Shown piece by piece: positions 38,196 to 50,743 of a DNA stretch of 64,000 bases. Within the stretch, counting starts at the first letter, position 1. Each line of letters opens with the position of its first letter. Where the stretch lies: NCBI RefSeq assembly GCF_004010195.1, contig NC_057728.1:44082569-44146568 (forward strand), in the 5' to 3' direction. Under the pieces are notes generated by a model. The model worked only from the letters and a program-made list of their open reading frames with translations, did not search any database and was not told where the DNA came from. The DNA is from Chiloscyllium plagiosum. Taxonomy: Eukaryota. The position numbers and the translations under genes are program-made.

Positions 38196-40399
38196 TATTA
38201 CACTATAGCTGGCCAGGAAGGAATGCTATGTATAGGACCTTGGCTACTTGTTGTTCCCTCGGTGTAGCTGGGAGTATTCACTTTCTTGAATTATTGAAAG
38301 GAATCCGTTTAACACTTACTAGTTTCCATGTTGACCAACAGACCACAAGCATGCTTTAAAATATGTCTTCATACTAGCAAGAGATGAACTCAAGGCATGA
38401 GTTTTTAATTATTTGGATTAATGCAAATTATTATATGACTCCTGAATGACTGTCATAGTTGTAGTGATGACCATTCCAGATCATTTCACAGGAATGACAG
38501 TAACTCATGTTTTTAGATTTATTTCACAGCAGTGGATTGGGAGGTCTTTGATGGGGCACAAAACTCATAACAGTGGTTTGACCACATGTCATATAGCACA
38601 CAAGTTTCCTTTACATTGACTTTAAAGAGAAGGAAATTTGCATAATGCATATAACAGGAACCTTATCCACCAACCCCTGCATTGTGCTATAGCTGAAATA
38701 AAATTTCATCTTCAGTTTTTTCTGTTCCAATTCCCAGCACAAATTAATTTCTATCAGGTCACTTAGATGGTTTCAAACTGGTTTCAAAGTGATTTCTCAT
38801 TTACACTCAGAACAATTGCTTGCAGCTTTAAAGCAGCTATCTGCAGCTTCTTTTTAACACTCAAAATGGCCATGTCATCGTGATGACAATATTGAATGAG
38901 ATGAAGTGGGAAATTAGCCATGTCAGCACAAGGAGGGTTTACATTAGTAGGTTCATCACAATGATTTTACAGAATCTGTTATTAATTATCCTGTACTCTT
39001 AAAGCAAGTAGCTTATAGTTCTTAAATTTACATCTAGTTTTAGTCAACAGCAAGCAACAAGATTTTATGGATTAGGAACAAAAGACTAACAATCATTCCA
39101 CATTGATCTGTAACTACTAGTGCTCTTTGCATTAAACAGAAGTCATTTAGAGCCTCCAAGTTTTCCTTTAATTTAACTGCATTTGACATTTCTGGAAGTA
39201 GAATTGCTGTTGGTAATCTGTCACAATCAACAACGTAGAATTATTAAAACAATTCATTAATTAAAGCTGGTCATGCCAGAAAAGCAGACTGACCATTTTG
39301 AATGTGACTGTATTGACAGATTGTGACTTTGTATTGCAGCTCACCTACAACTTGACCTGATTTGTCAGGTAATCCGCATGCTCGTGACATGCACAATTGT
39401 CATTTTATTGCATCTGTCAATCTTTGGTTCAGAAACTAGTTAGGACAGTGAGATTTCCTAACTCCTTTTAAACTTATCATTGGCAATATTGGCAAATGAA
39501 TACTTTATAAATCTATTTTATGTGTCTGTGTGTCTTCTGCGAATGTTTTATTGCATTAATTTAAAGTTTAATAGTGTGACCAAATCAGTAACAAACATTA
39601 GAACGTAATGTGAATAAATGAATTGTTTGTCCATTAATATTATCAAGAACACTTTCTAACCTGCCATGATTTATTTTTCTGGAAAAATGTTGAAAAGACA
39701 GTGGTAAGTATGGACAATATAATTTTAACTTCCATCATCTAATTGTTATACAGAAGAGCTTTCATGGACTAAAATGGTTTTTAAAAAGGAAGAAACATGG
39801 ACCTAAACTTGAACGCAGATTGAGGCAAGTTTTGTGAAACCCACGTGGAATAAGTGAAGCCATTTGCACTGAAGCTACAATTTTTATCTAAATGTGTTGA
39901 AACCAAGCAATTGAGACAGTGTCAGGAAATTCAGGTTTCCTGTTTACTTCACATACAGAACCATAAAAATAATCTGAGTTGCTGATGCTGAGAAACCTTC
40001 TCTCTGCTGTCATGACCTGTCTCTCACAATTACCTTGCCTTAAACTGGCGAGATGCATGAAAAATTGCATTTGGTCTCTCACTGTTCACTCACCCAATGT
40101 AACTAAGGGTGGGACCTCAAACCTACAGTGACCTCTTCCCTCTGGGCATTGACAACTTGTTGCCATGCATCATAATCAATCACCAAAGGTCGTGCCAACA
40201 TTTTCAGAGTATCATTAATTAACTTTTCCTTCTTAGGCAGTTTCTCAAGAGCAAGGGTGATCTTTCAATGAGAATTGTGAATCATGAAGTGACTAAACAG
40301 TCAAATGCTGAATTTGTTGTTGGAAATGCTTACATTTTCACACATACTTTCCTCTGTTTACATTTTGACACCTCTGCAGATGCTTTTTCCCCCATTTGT

Positions 40400-41635
40400 G
40401 TGTTCTTGGGCAAGAGATTCCTTTCGGTCAGGGATATTGCATTTTCTTAAGTACGCTTTCAGGATGTCCTTGAAGAATATTTTTCTCCCACCCTTGCCAT
40501 CATGGAGCACAGAGTAAACAGTTGGTTTTAGAAGGAGAAAGTGAGGACTGCAGATGCTGGAGACTTTTCGAGGAGCAGGAGAATCGACGTTTCGGGCATA
40601 AGCCCTTCTTCAGCTGGTTTTAGAAGCCTTGTATCAAGTGTATGGGTGATGTGGCCTGCCCAACACAACTGTTTTACTGTAGCTAGTGCTTTGATGCTGG
40701 GGATGTTGGCCTGTGAGAGGGTACTGATATGGAGTGCTTTAGCTACCAGTGAATGTGCATAATTTTGTTAAGCCATAATTGGTGATGTGTTTCAAGATAT
40801 TTGTGACGTGTGCTGGATATTGTCAATGTCTCTAATGCATACAGGAGGGAAGGTAACACTATATGTGGTAGACCGTGAGCATTTTGCTAAATTTGAGATG
40901 TCCGCTATCAAATATTTGTGCCTTAAACAGCCTAGCGCTGCTGTGGCATATTGAAGGCCATGTTGAATTTCATTGTTGGTTTCTGCCCTCACTGAAAGGA
41001 GACTCCTCAGGCCTCAGAATTGATCTATATTGTCTCGCTGCACAACGTGGGTCTTGATAGTCATAGACAGTGCTGCCTAAGTGGAGTAGGCTGGTAGAGG
41101 AATTTTGTCTTTCAGATATTTAGCTCAAGTCCCATTCTCACATATACTTCTGTGAATAATTCAATAATGGTTTGGAACTTGACCTCTGAATGTGTCCATC
41201 TGCAATTTGATGACAGAGGTTGGGGTAATTTTGATTCTGGACTGGAGGCAGAATCTTGCTTGTTCTGTGTTGAAGCCTCATGAGTAGAGTGGAGTATAGT
41301 AGCAAAGAAGACGGAGAAGAGCATTGGTTCAAAGACTAGCTTGACCCCAGATTGCATACATATTGGACGTGTAGTGCATCTATTGGTGAGGTTCACAGCT
41401 TGCATGTTCTTATGCAGCATTTAGTGTATGGTGACAAATTTCTGTGTACAGCCAAGTTTGAGGACAATGCTCCATTATCTCATTTGGTTGCCGATTGAAG
41501 GCATTTGTGAGGTTAAGGAAGGTCATGTTTAAAAGTTACTGCTGTTCTCTGCACTTTTTTGGACTTGTCTTGTTGTGAAGAGGCCCACTGTATCTCTTGA
41601 TGGACAGAATCTTCATTGTGACCCCAGTGGGAGCT
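40400..41635 (-). mobile_element. RTE-clade LINE RT remnant
   Basis: SGVKLVFEPMLFSVFFATILH, a degenerate GVKQGCV.APTLFS motif; RAETNNEIQHGLQYATAALGCLR. Confidence 0.7.
40535..40614 (+). mobile_element. Family A single-arm element, internally deleted
   Basis: 12-bp TSD TGGTTTTAGAAG at 40523-40534 and 40615-40626. Confidence 0.75.
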
Positions 41636-41779
41636 GACTGATGGTTAATTTACTATCGAGTAGAAAGATAATGATATTCAGTTACAAAAGATATGGAAAA
41701 CAAAATTGCTACTTCAACTTCAGTAACATCAAAATTGCTACTTTAACTTCAATTTGAAAAGTCAAATTGCTTTCCAATA

Positions 41780-42450
41780 CAGGCAAAGAAAGAAAATTAC
41801 AATAGCAAGCAATAAAAAAGGAAAATGGAATTCCAAACTTTATTATGAGAGAAATTGAACATATCAATTATATAAGGCACTGATGAGGCCATATCTTAAA
41901 CCTGTGCATTTATGGTGTCTTTATTTAAGGAAGGATATACATACGTTGGAGGCAATTCAGAGGAGGTTTACTAGATCAATGCATGGAAAGGGTGGATTTT
42001 CTTACGTGGAATGGCTGAGCAGAATGGGATTGCTTACATTGTAGTTTAGAAGAGAGAAATATATAATGAAATATGTAAGAGTCTGAACTTGACAAGATCT
42101 TGTCAACATGGATATGGAAAGGATGTTTCCACTTGTGGGTGAGTCCAGAACTAGGATACATTACTTTAAAATTAGCAATTGCTTTTTAGGACAGAGTTGA
42201 GGAGAAATCATTTCAGTTAGAGGGTTGTGCAACTTTGGAACTCTTTCCTTCAGAAGGTGGTGGAACTGGAGTCCTTTAATAATTTTAAGGCAGAGATAAA
42301 TATTCTTGTTAGAGACAGGAATCAAAAGTTATTGGGAGCAGAAGGCAATGTGGAATTCAAAACATCAATAGATCATCCATGATTGTATTGAATGGCAGAG
42401 CAGACTCATGACAACAAGTGATCTATTTCTGCTCCTAATTTGTATGTTTG
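41780..42450 (+). mobile_element. CR1 LINE 3' fragment
   Basis: LYKALMRPYL..LEAIQRRFTR and tail attgaatggcagagcagactc. Confidence 0.75.
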
Positions 42451-43835
42451 CATGTTCAAAAACAACGTCCTTTATCTCAATAACTAGCTGCAATTCATAA
42501 ACTCCTTCTTAATTTGAAATGTAAAAAAAAGTATCTAGTTATTACAGTATACTTCTCAGAACATACGTGTGGAGTGAAGGATTTCTGGATCATCATTTTA
42601 TATCACACACCTCATGCCTGTAGGAGCTAATGTGATTTCATATTGTAGGTGGTAGGCAGCTGCCAGATAATGGTACCACAATTTAAAACAAATTTAGAGC
42701 TGGGTTAGCTGTGAATAAGGCATAACCTTTTTGAGACACAGCATGAAATTAATATCCAAAGTGTCCTGTGCTTTCGTAACTGTTTAATGAGGGATATCTT
42801 TATTAACAATCTTTAGGCTTATCCACCTACTGACCAAAACACTTTATTCTGATTTCAACTTTAACAGAAGGAGAGAAAATGCTGATATTGAAAATATTTT
42901 CTGAACTGATTATTTTAGCCCGAATCAGTTATCCTAGTAATATTAGGAAATCTATAGTTGACTCTATAATTCCCCAATTTTAATACATATTTGGTATGGC
43001 AATTAGACATTCATTTTGAAAATAATTTTCCAAATTTTATATCTACAGTATGGTAATGTGCAAGAAAAATGAAGTAATTGTTTTTACAAAATTCTTTGTC
43101 ACATAATAAATATTCAAATTAATGTTAAATTAATGACTACATATTTTTATAAATTTATAAGTGTAATGGAAACCACCTAATTAAAGGTGAAACTTACAAA
43201 TAATTTCATTGCCACTCATTTGCAATTGGAGGATGACCTACAATAAAGAAGCTTCTGGCAGATGGATGAGGAGAATCTATTGTGATATACATAAAAAATA
43301 AAGAAGTTCATCAACCAGGAAAGAATGTATAGCTGACACTTTATAATTTTTTTATGCATCTTAGAGCAACACTGTGGATGTATGAATTTCATTCACACTG
43401 TCACTTTCAGTCTAAGTACTATCATATATCACCACACAGCAGTGCTCGGGGAAAGTGTAGGAAATAATTAGATTTGCTCAAAATGATAAGAGTAATGGAA
43501 TTGTATCACAATAACATGCTACCACTGAACATCAGAGTTTGCAAAGATCCATTCTTCACTTACAGTTCTAAATTAAAAATGGGTGGAACTCATTATTTGA
43601 TTATTTATTTAATAAGAAAACAGGTCATGCTAAAGGAATATTTTTGATTTGTTAAAAATGCCCTGTAGATTTATAATCATGTCTACAGAATTTTCCTTCA
43701 TGGAGTTTGTAAATTGGCACTAACAGTTAAATATTTAGCTTTCTTTTCAGATTCCTGAACCATACAGATATGGTATTTTACTCTCAGGTTACCTTTGAAT
43801 TATGTTTTTGTTTGTTAATTAACAATGACAACTAT

Positions 43836-43932
43836 GTTCTAAAGAAAGGTCACTGGACTCAAAATGTTATTCCTGCTTTATCTCCAAGTTTCTGTCAGAC
43901 CTACTGAGTTTTACCAGCAATTTCTGTTTTTG
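43836..43932 (+). mobile_element. Family C Penelope-like short element (decayed)
   Basis: gttctaaagaaaggtcactggactcaaaatgtt..agacctactgagttttaccagcaatttctg, homologous to 60940-61042. Confidence 0.6.
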
Positions 43933-44481
43933 TAACCCCTTAACACTGTTGGCTTTTCGGAGTTATTACAGAATTGCCTCTTTTCAGTGTAATCTATTTT
44001 AGGATTTTAAAGTGATTGGAGGAATTGATAGAATTGATGGAAACGTTCTCTTCTGATATGAAATTTGAAAACTACTTTTCGAATCTAATTACCAAGTGTA
44101 GTATTATAAGGAACAAGGGGGAGTAGCATTGAAATTAGAGCTAAATAATTCAGGCATGGTATCAGAAAGCACTTCTTCACATGAGGAATCATGAAACTCT
44201 CTGGAACTCTCTCTCCTCCTGGTAAGGCTTAGTCAATTGAAAATTTCACAGATAAGATTGATTGATTTTTATTAATCAAATATATTCTGGGTCGTGGGAC
44301 CAAGATGGATAAATGGAGTGAAAACTCAAACCACTCATTACCTAATGGAACAGTCTTGAGGTGCTAACTGTCTTCCTTCTGTTCATTAATCCATTCCTTT
44401 GTCCCTAGGCCTCACAGTTCTCCTACAAATAAATGGCCTCTATAAATAAACTTTCTGAGGTCAGTTATTAGCTTTAGTCAA

Positions 44482-44690
44482 AGTTCAAAATCACACAACA
44501 CCAGGTTATAGTCCTACAGGTTTATTTAGAAGCACTAGCTTTCAGAGTGCTACTCCTTCATCACAACCATCTGATGAAGGAGATGTGCTTTGAAAGTTAG
44601 TGCTTCCAAATAAATTTGTTGGACTATAACATGGTGTGTGATTTTTTTAAACTTTGTCCACCCCAGTCCAACACTAGCACCTCCAAGTCA
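44482..44690. mobile_element. Palindromic Penelope-like short element, family B
   Basis: Inverted arms centred at ~44566; TSD TAGC(T/C)TTAGTCAA at 44469-44481 and 44691-44703. Confidence 0.75.
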
Positions 44691-45819
44691 TAGCCTTAGT
44701 CAAGGAACCATTTGAGTTTAAAAATGATAACCTGGGAATTAGGTGTAGGCATAAACCCACTTTAATTTTAATTAACAGCATGAAGACAACTTTAACACAT
44801 TGAGTGACAATTATTGCAACAGTTACTCACATCATTCATGAGTAAACATCTCACGAATGTAAAACTTTCTTCGATAATTTACAATGTACCAGAGAATGAA
44901 ATGAATACTGAACAGATGAACAAAACTGCAGGCAACAAAGGGAACGTTTGAAGGCAAGAAGTGTAATAATGGAGATTTGAAAGTGATGCACAAAAGAAGC
45001 AAAGATGATGAGGCACAAAAGCTCTTTCACTCAGCAAGTAGTTAGGGTAAGGAATAAGTTCCTGGAAGTGTGGTGGAGGCAGATTCAATTAAGGCATTCA
45101 AGACCACATTGGATAATTACTTGGATAGAAATAGTATGGAAGAATAAGGGGAAAACGCAGGAGATTGACACGAGCTAATGATTCTTGCTTGAACAGCTGG
45201 TATAGGCATGAGGGGCTGATTGGCTTCCTCCTGCACTGTAATGATTTTGTGATTGTGAGTTGCTGGAAGTGGAAGTTTGAGAAGACTGGTGTATGATTGC
45301 TAAAGGAGCAGTAACAAAGTGCAAGGAACAGGGAAATGAGAAGTAGATAGTTAAATACCGTATAGGTCTGGCATACAATACTCAGTAGTAGAAGCACATT
45401 CAGTGATATCTCTCAAAAGGGCCTAGTCGAAGGGAAAAAAATATAAGGCTGTGAGATAGAACATATAAGAACTCTGTATTGGGATTAATTGAATAGCTGT
45501 ACTTTAAAATCTAGCTCAGATGTGGCATGCATTGTTTCCTTCTGCGTTGAATGATATTATGATCTAACTCAAGTTTGGGAATTGATTTAAGCCCTTAGGA
45601 AACATTAACATTATGAATAACTGGATTCCATGTGATTGACAGCTTGATGGAAATGCTCAGCAGCACATCAAAAGGCTGTCTTATCAGAGACACAACAGCA
45701 TTTCAGAGAGATGAGCACAGAGTTTATTAAAACAGCTACATTGTTTAACCTTTGGAGATAAACTTGTTATTGTTTCTTTTATATTAATAGCATTCTACCA
45801 AATCATAATAATTTATTCT

Positions 45820-46330
45820 TGAAACATATGAGATTCTTAAAGAGCTTGATAGGGTGGATGTGGCGTGGTTGTTTGCCCTTGGGAAAGCCTAGGATCAGAG
45901 AGCATAACCTCCGAGTATGGGGATGCCCATTTAAGACAGAGGTGGGGAGGAATTTCTTCTCTCAGAGGGTACTAATTCTTTACAACAAAAGGCTGTAGAG
46001 GCTAGATCATTATCTACAATCAAGGTTGGGATAGATAATTTTAATCAGCAAGGGAATCAATGGTTATGAAGAATAGGTAAAAACTATGACTGCAGATGCT
46101 GGAAACCAGATTCTGGATTAGTGGTGCTGGAAAAGCACAGTAGTTCAGGCAGCATCCGAGGAGCAGTAAAATCGACGTTTCGGGCAAAAGCCCTTCATTA
46201 GGACCTCAGTTATGAAGAATAGGCAGGAAAGTGAAGTTGAGGATTTATCAGATTTCATTGAAAGGTACAGCAAATCTGATGGGCCAATTGGTCTACTTCT
46301 GCTCCTACTTCTTCTCGCCTTATGGTCTTA
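45820..46330 (+). mobile_element. CR1 LINE 3' fragment, interrupted by a family A element
   Basis: CR1 ORF2 C-terminal and tail motifs on both sides of 46078-46208. Confidence 0.7.
46078..46208 (+). mobile_element. Family A (variant) single-arm element
   Basis: 15-bp TSD GTTATGAAGAATAGG at 46063-46077 and 46209-46223. Confidence 0.8.
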
Positions 46331-47148
46331 ATTGCAAAACTGTAATGTCACCCAGGCTATCGGGTTGAATAGGGGGTTTTGAGCTTACTTCAATCATCTA
46401 TGGTTGTATGCTTCTGAGTTCTCTTCTTGGACCTGGCAATGTATGTTGTCTTGAGTTATTGAAGGGTGGCAGCTAAACCAAACAGATCTGAACCTTAATC
46501 TTTGAAATGTATGAATTGTTTCCCTGATAAAACAATATATTGCTATATTTTGCAGATCAGAAAATTCCCAGCTCCCGTGCTGCATTAGTGCTGAATTACT
46601 AGATTATAGTTACAACAGTACTGGGAATGTTACAATTAGGGAAGGAAATTTGGCCCCAATTTTTACTCCTGATGACTTGGCAGCAAGCCCCTGGTTTGAA
46701 TGTGTGCACATGACACAAGTATGGAATTGAGTGAGAATGTCATGTGCAACAGTCAAGTAATATAATGAAGTAAATCTTCAAGATTCACATTAAAATAATG
46801 TTTATGTAAGTGAAACATTTTGAGGGTGGTCTATATCTGTGGAACAACAAGGAGTTAACACGTCCAGAAAGTAATGGAGAAGAATGAAAGAGAAACTTAG
46901 TAAGGAAGTATCATCAGCAGTAATGAAAAGTCCTATATGTATATATGTAATGTTACTCCTTTCTTAAATTTGCAGACTTTGAATTACAATTGACACAAAC
47001 CAATTAAATCCAAGACGTGTATTGAAAATCTTAGATATAACAAGTTGCATTAGATCATAGAATTGCTTCTCAGGTTGTTATTGCAAGATGATTATGTTAG
47101 TCAAGGCTGATCTTAATCAAGGCTGATCTTTGAGCATTATTGGTTAAG

Positions 47149-47381
47149 ATCAACTAGGCAAAAGTAAGGACTGCAGATGCTGGAAACCAGAGTTTAGATT
47201 AGAGTGTGCTGGAAAAGCACAGCAGGTCAGGCAGCAGCCGAGGAGCTGGAATATCGACGTTTCGGGCAAAAGCCCTTCATCAGGAATGTTGAAGGGCTTT
47301 TGCCTGAAACATCAATTTTGCTGCTTCTCGGATGTTGCCTGACCTGCTGTGCTTTTCCAGCACCATTCTGATTTAAACCCC
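47149..47381 (+). mobile_element. Family A (variant) palindromic element
   Basis: Inverted arms centred at ~47285; TSD GCA(T/G)TATTGGTTAAG at 47134-47148 and 47382-47396. Confidence 0.8.
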
Positions 47382-48309
47382 GCAGTATTGGTTAAGTAGA
47401 GTGGAGGAGGACATAGATCTGGCTGAGAGTGCTTTAATCTTGGTGGCACCTCAGATGAGTCTGGGTTGTTGTGATGTTATGGACGCACTGCTGGTTCTGG
47501 AGGATGAGGAGGTTCTGCAGTGGCACCACAAGAAGGATCTCCAGATCCCTGCCCATTAAATAGGCATCGATTTCCCCGTCTGCCATGTTAGGACAAATGT
47601 CAGGAACAGTGTGGGCAGCTGGTGCACAATAGACTTTTAAAGATGGTGCAAGTGCAAGCATTGCTGTTGAAATGTGAGGTATCCACTGAATAGCGAGTTG
47701 TTCTGGGAACGGTGGGACAGAAATCAGATCTGAGAGATGCTATTGGGTTGGGGTAGGCAACTAATAAGGTGGATTCAGTAAGGTAGGGCGAGAAAACCTA
47801 CAAGGCTTCACAGCAACAAAGCCTCCAAACAGCTGGATGCAACTTGGACTTAGCCAAAAATATTCAGTCGTCTGTCTTCCTTCCAGGGTACTATCCATCT
47901 TCTGTCTTTCTTGTGATCTCCTGTTAATATTTATCTTTCATCTTTCTCTTCTTGAGTGATCCCCTTTACAACACTTTCAGGGATTTCTATAAAGAACATT
48001 TTTTCAAAACACTGTTTTTAAAATACACAATCCTCTTGTGTTTGGTGGTTGTACGATCAATTGTTGTTTGGGGAGCATATTATCAAATTGTCTTCCATTG
48101 TTTTAGCTACAATCAGTTTTGCTGCTCTTGTCTATTCTATTTCAATTCAAACAGTTTTAGTCAATGCAGCAGTATCATTGCAATTGAGAGTATCAATGTA
48201 ATTAACAAGTAATGCACCTGTCCAATTGCCACATAACAATGCTCTGAACTCATAGCCAGTCGGTTAACCCTTCCTTCCATGTACACTCCTGAAATAATGT
48301 TGATGATAA

Positions 48310-48610
48310 TGAGGAACTCACCAAGCCTCCTTCAACTGCAGCGTTCAAACCTGTGACCTCTATCATCTACAAGGACAAAAGCAGCAGATTCATGGAAATC
48401 ATCATCTGCAAGTTCACCTACAAGCCACATGCCATCCTGATTTGGAACTAAATCACTGTCTCTTTACTGTATTTGGGTCAAAATCCAGAAACTCCCTTCT
48501 CAACAGCACTGTGAGTTTCCTTCAACCCTGAGGATTGCAGTGGCTCAAGAAGACAGTTTACATTCTCCAGGACAATTTGGATGGGCACCACCCACAGCTC
48601 ATGAGCAAAA
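48310..48610 (+). mobile_element. CR1-clade LINE 3' fragment (family of 18170-21010)
   Basis: aactcaccaagcctccttc..gggtcaaaatccagaaactccc..gcagtggctcaagaagacag. Confidence 0.6.
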
Positions 48611-49734
48611 CAAAGAGAACGCATATGTTACATTTTACATAAGAAATTAGAACACAGCAAGTTCATAAAACATTCTGTGAAAGCTATTGATGGTACAACA
48701 TCTATAAATAAAACAAATTTAAATATTTCTGAAAACGTTTAACTTCTAAGGTCTTGTTAGATACTTGCACAGTGACTGCACTCTGCCAGCACAATAAATG
48801 ATTGCTCACGTTTACTGAAATCAATAGGTTGCTATGGATTTCTGCCTTGTTTTACCTTAAAGTATTATTCCAGTTGGTTCCTGATAAAACATATAAATAA
48901 TTAACCAATATTTTATGCTTGAATCAGACAACTATTTCTCTGAACACAGCTGTAATGATAAAATAATTGATATGTTCTTCATTTTAACTCCCACATTCTT
49001 TGTACTGACAACTTTCCATATCCTCCCTTCCCCTGCCACCACACTATTTGTTTTATCAGATAATAGGTATTATTCTGTGGCTTTCAGTGATATTTTTCAC
49101 TGTGCATGCAGCAATGTCAGACTACAGTTAGCGATTACTCAGTGACCTAGTTGGATGTGTTTTAAAGATACTCCCACACTAGATAGAACATTCAACTCAT
49201 TTTCCACATTTTTAATTAAGCATTGGAACTGCTTGCTTATGCCAATGGTTTACAAACATCTGTGTGAAAGAGCTTTTGCAACTATTGGAATTCTTGTCAA
49301 TATGCCGGCCAATTTTCCAAAAGCACTCTCATATTTTTACACATGTACACCCACAGACGAAATGTGCTGCGACGTCAACAAATATTCAAGTAAATAGAAC
49401 CCAAAATTCCTGAAATCCAGACAGACAAAAATTTCATAAACTCAAATATCAGGGATCCATGAAACTCTGAGTGAAAATTTGTAGTTAATTGTTAGCAATG
49501 GGCATAACTGCAGGATCATGGGTATTTATTATTTTAACTTCCTGTATAGATTGTTTGGCAGGCCAACGCAAACTAAGTTAAGGCCCAAGTTTTAAAATGA
49601 TAATATACACAAGCAACTCACAGAGTGCACTGCATCAAAACATGTCGACAAATACATCATTTGTTCACTGAAATGATATTGCTAGCATTTCAAGAGATTT
49701 TTGGCAAATTTGGAAAGTTGTTTAAGTCATTTTT

Positions 49735-50030
49735 TAAAGAATCCCCATAGTATGGAAACAGGCCATTTGGCCCAACAAATCCACCAACTCCCTGTAGATA
49801 ATCCCACCCAGACCCTTTACCCTACATTTCCTTTGACTAATGCATGTAACTTACACATTATGGGCAATTTAGCATGACTAATTCACCTAACCTGCATATC
49901 TTTGGATTGTGGAAGAAAGAGGAGCAAACCCACGCAGACACAGGGAGAATGTGCAAATTCCACACAGGCATTTGTTCGAGGCTGGAATCGAACACCCATC
50001 CCTGGAGCAGTGCTAACAACTGAGCCACCC
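49735..50030 (-). mobile_element. HE1-like V-SINE
   Basis: Reverse complement of the tail, V core and tRNA head. Confidence 0.85.
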
Positions 50031-50096
50031 TAAAGCAAAGGCAGACACACACATTACAAGTGTAAATCCGCAACTTTCAAATTGTGGCGACAAATC

Positions 50097-50171
50097 TGGT
50101 TAGTATGGGGTTTGAACCAATGACCATTGGCATTATTAGCACTGTGCTTTAACCATCTGAGCTAACCAACC
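50097..50171 (-). pseudogene. tRNA-Ile(AAT) pseudogene
   Basis: Reverse complement ggttggttagctcagatggttaaagcacagtgctAATaatgccaatggtcattggttcaaaccccatactaacca aligns end to end with vertebrate tRNA-Ile(AAT), with mostly CpG-type transitions. Confidence 0.8.
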
Positions 50172-50229
50172 AACGCTAAATGTAAGTACGTGGTTACTCT
50201 AATAATTTGATTGGAAATAACTAAAGGTC

Positions 50230-50301
50230 CATACCTGGGTGATCTTGAACCACCAACCTTTTAGTTTATAGCTGGATGCCGACCCGTTGAGCCACAGAAA
50301 C
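50230..50301 (-). pseudogene. tRNA-Asn(GTT)-derived pseudogene
   Basis: Reverse complement gtttctgtggctcaacgggtcggcatccagctataaactaaaaggttggtggttcaagatcacccagg compared with GTCTCTGTGGCGCAATCGG...AAAGGTTGGTGGTTCGAGCCCACCCAGG; anticodon degenerate. Confidence 0.7.
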
Positions 50302-50670
50302 TTGTAAAAGGACATTAGTGAGTCACATGGGTTTTTACAGCTATCAGCATTGCACTCTTAATCCCACATTTTTATAGATGATGTGATGGGATTCAAACCC
50401 ACATCCCCAAAGCATTACATTAGTCTCTAAATGAATAGCCCTGTGATAATACTACTGAACCATTGCCTCCCCTAAACTGTGCTTACCCCTCCTTGGTGAA
50501 CTGTGCCTCATTTTCACTTAGAGGGAAACATGCAAATACATCCCTCCAGCAGCAACCCAGGCTTCCTCTTGGATTTCACCCACTTGGCTTATATTGTCCC
50601 ATTTCAGACTCTGGTGATAGCAAAGTGTTCCTTTGGATGGTAGATACAGCAGGTGTACAAGAACTCACAG

Positions 50671-50743
50671 AGGCCCCAGTGAGATTTGAACTCACAAACC
50701 CTAGTTTCGGGGGCCAGTACTCTAACTGCTGACTTTCAGAGCC
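50671..50743 (-). pseudogene. tRNA-Thr-derived pseudogene
   Basis: Reverse complement ggctctgaaagtcagcagttagagtactggccccgaaactagggtttgtgagttcaaatctcactggggcct compared with tRNA-Thr ...GTTAGAGCACTGG...GAGTTCAAATCTCGCTGGGGCCT. Confidence 0.75.

Noticed and set aside
42860..42890. Possible acceptor for the next TMTC2 exon (ttaacAG AAG GAG AGA)
   Set aside because: An in-frame stop follows after five codons and there is no TMTC2-like peptide.
47101..47130. 14-bp direct repeat TCAAGGCTGATCTT x2 (a similar small duplication lies at ~41702-41751)
   Set aside because: Ordinary slippage-type micro-duplication with no further structure.
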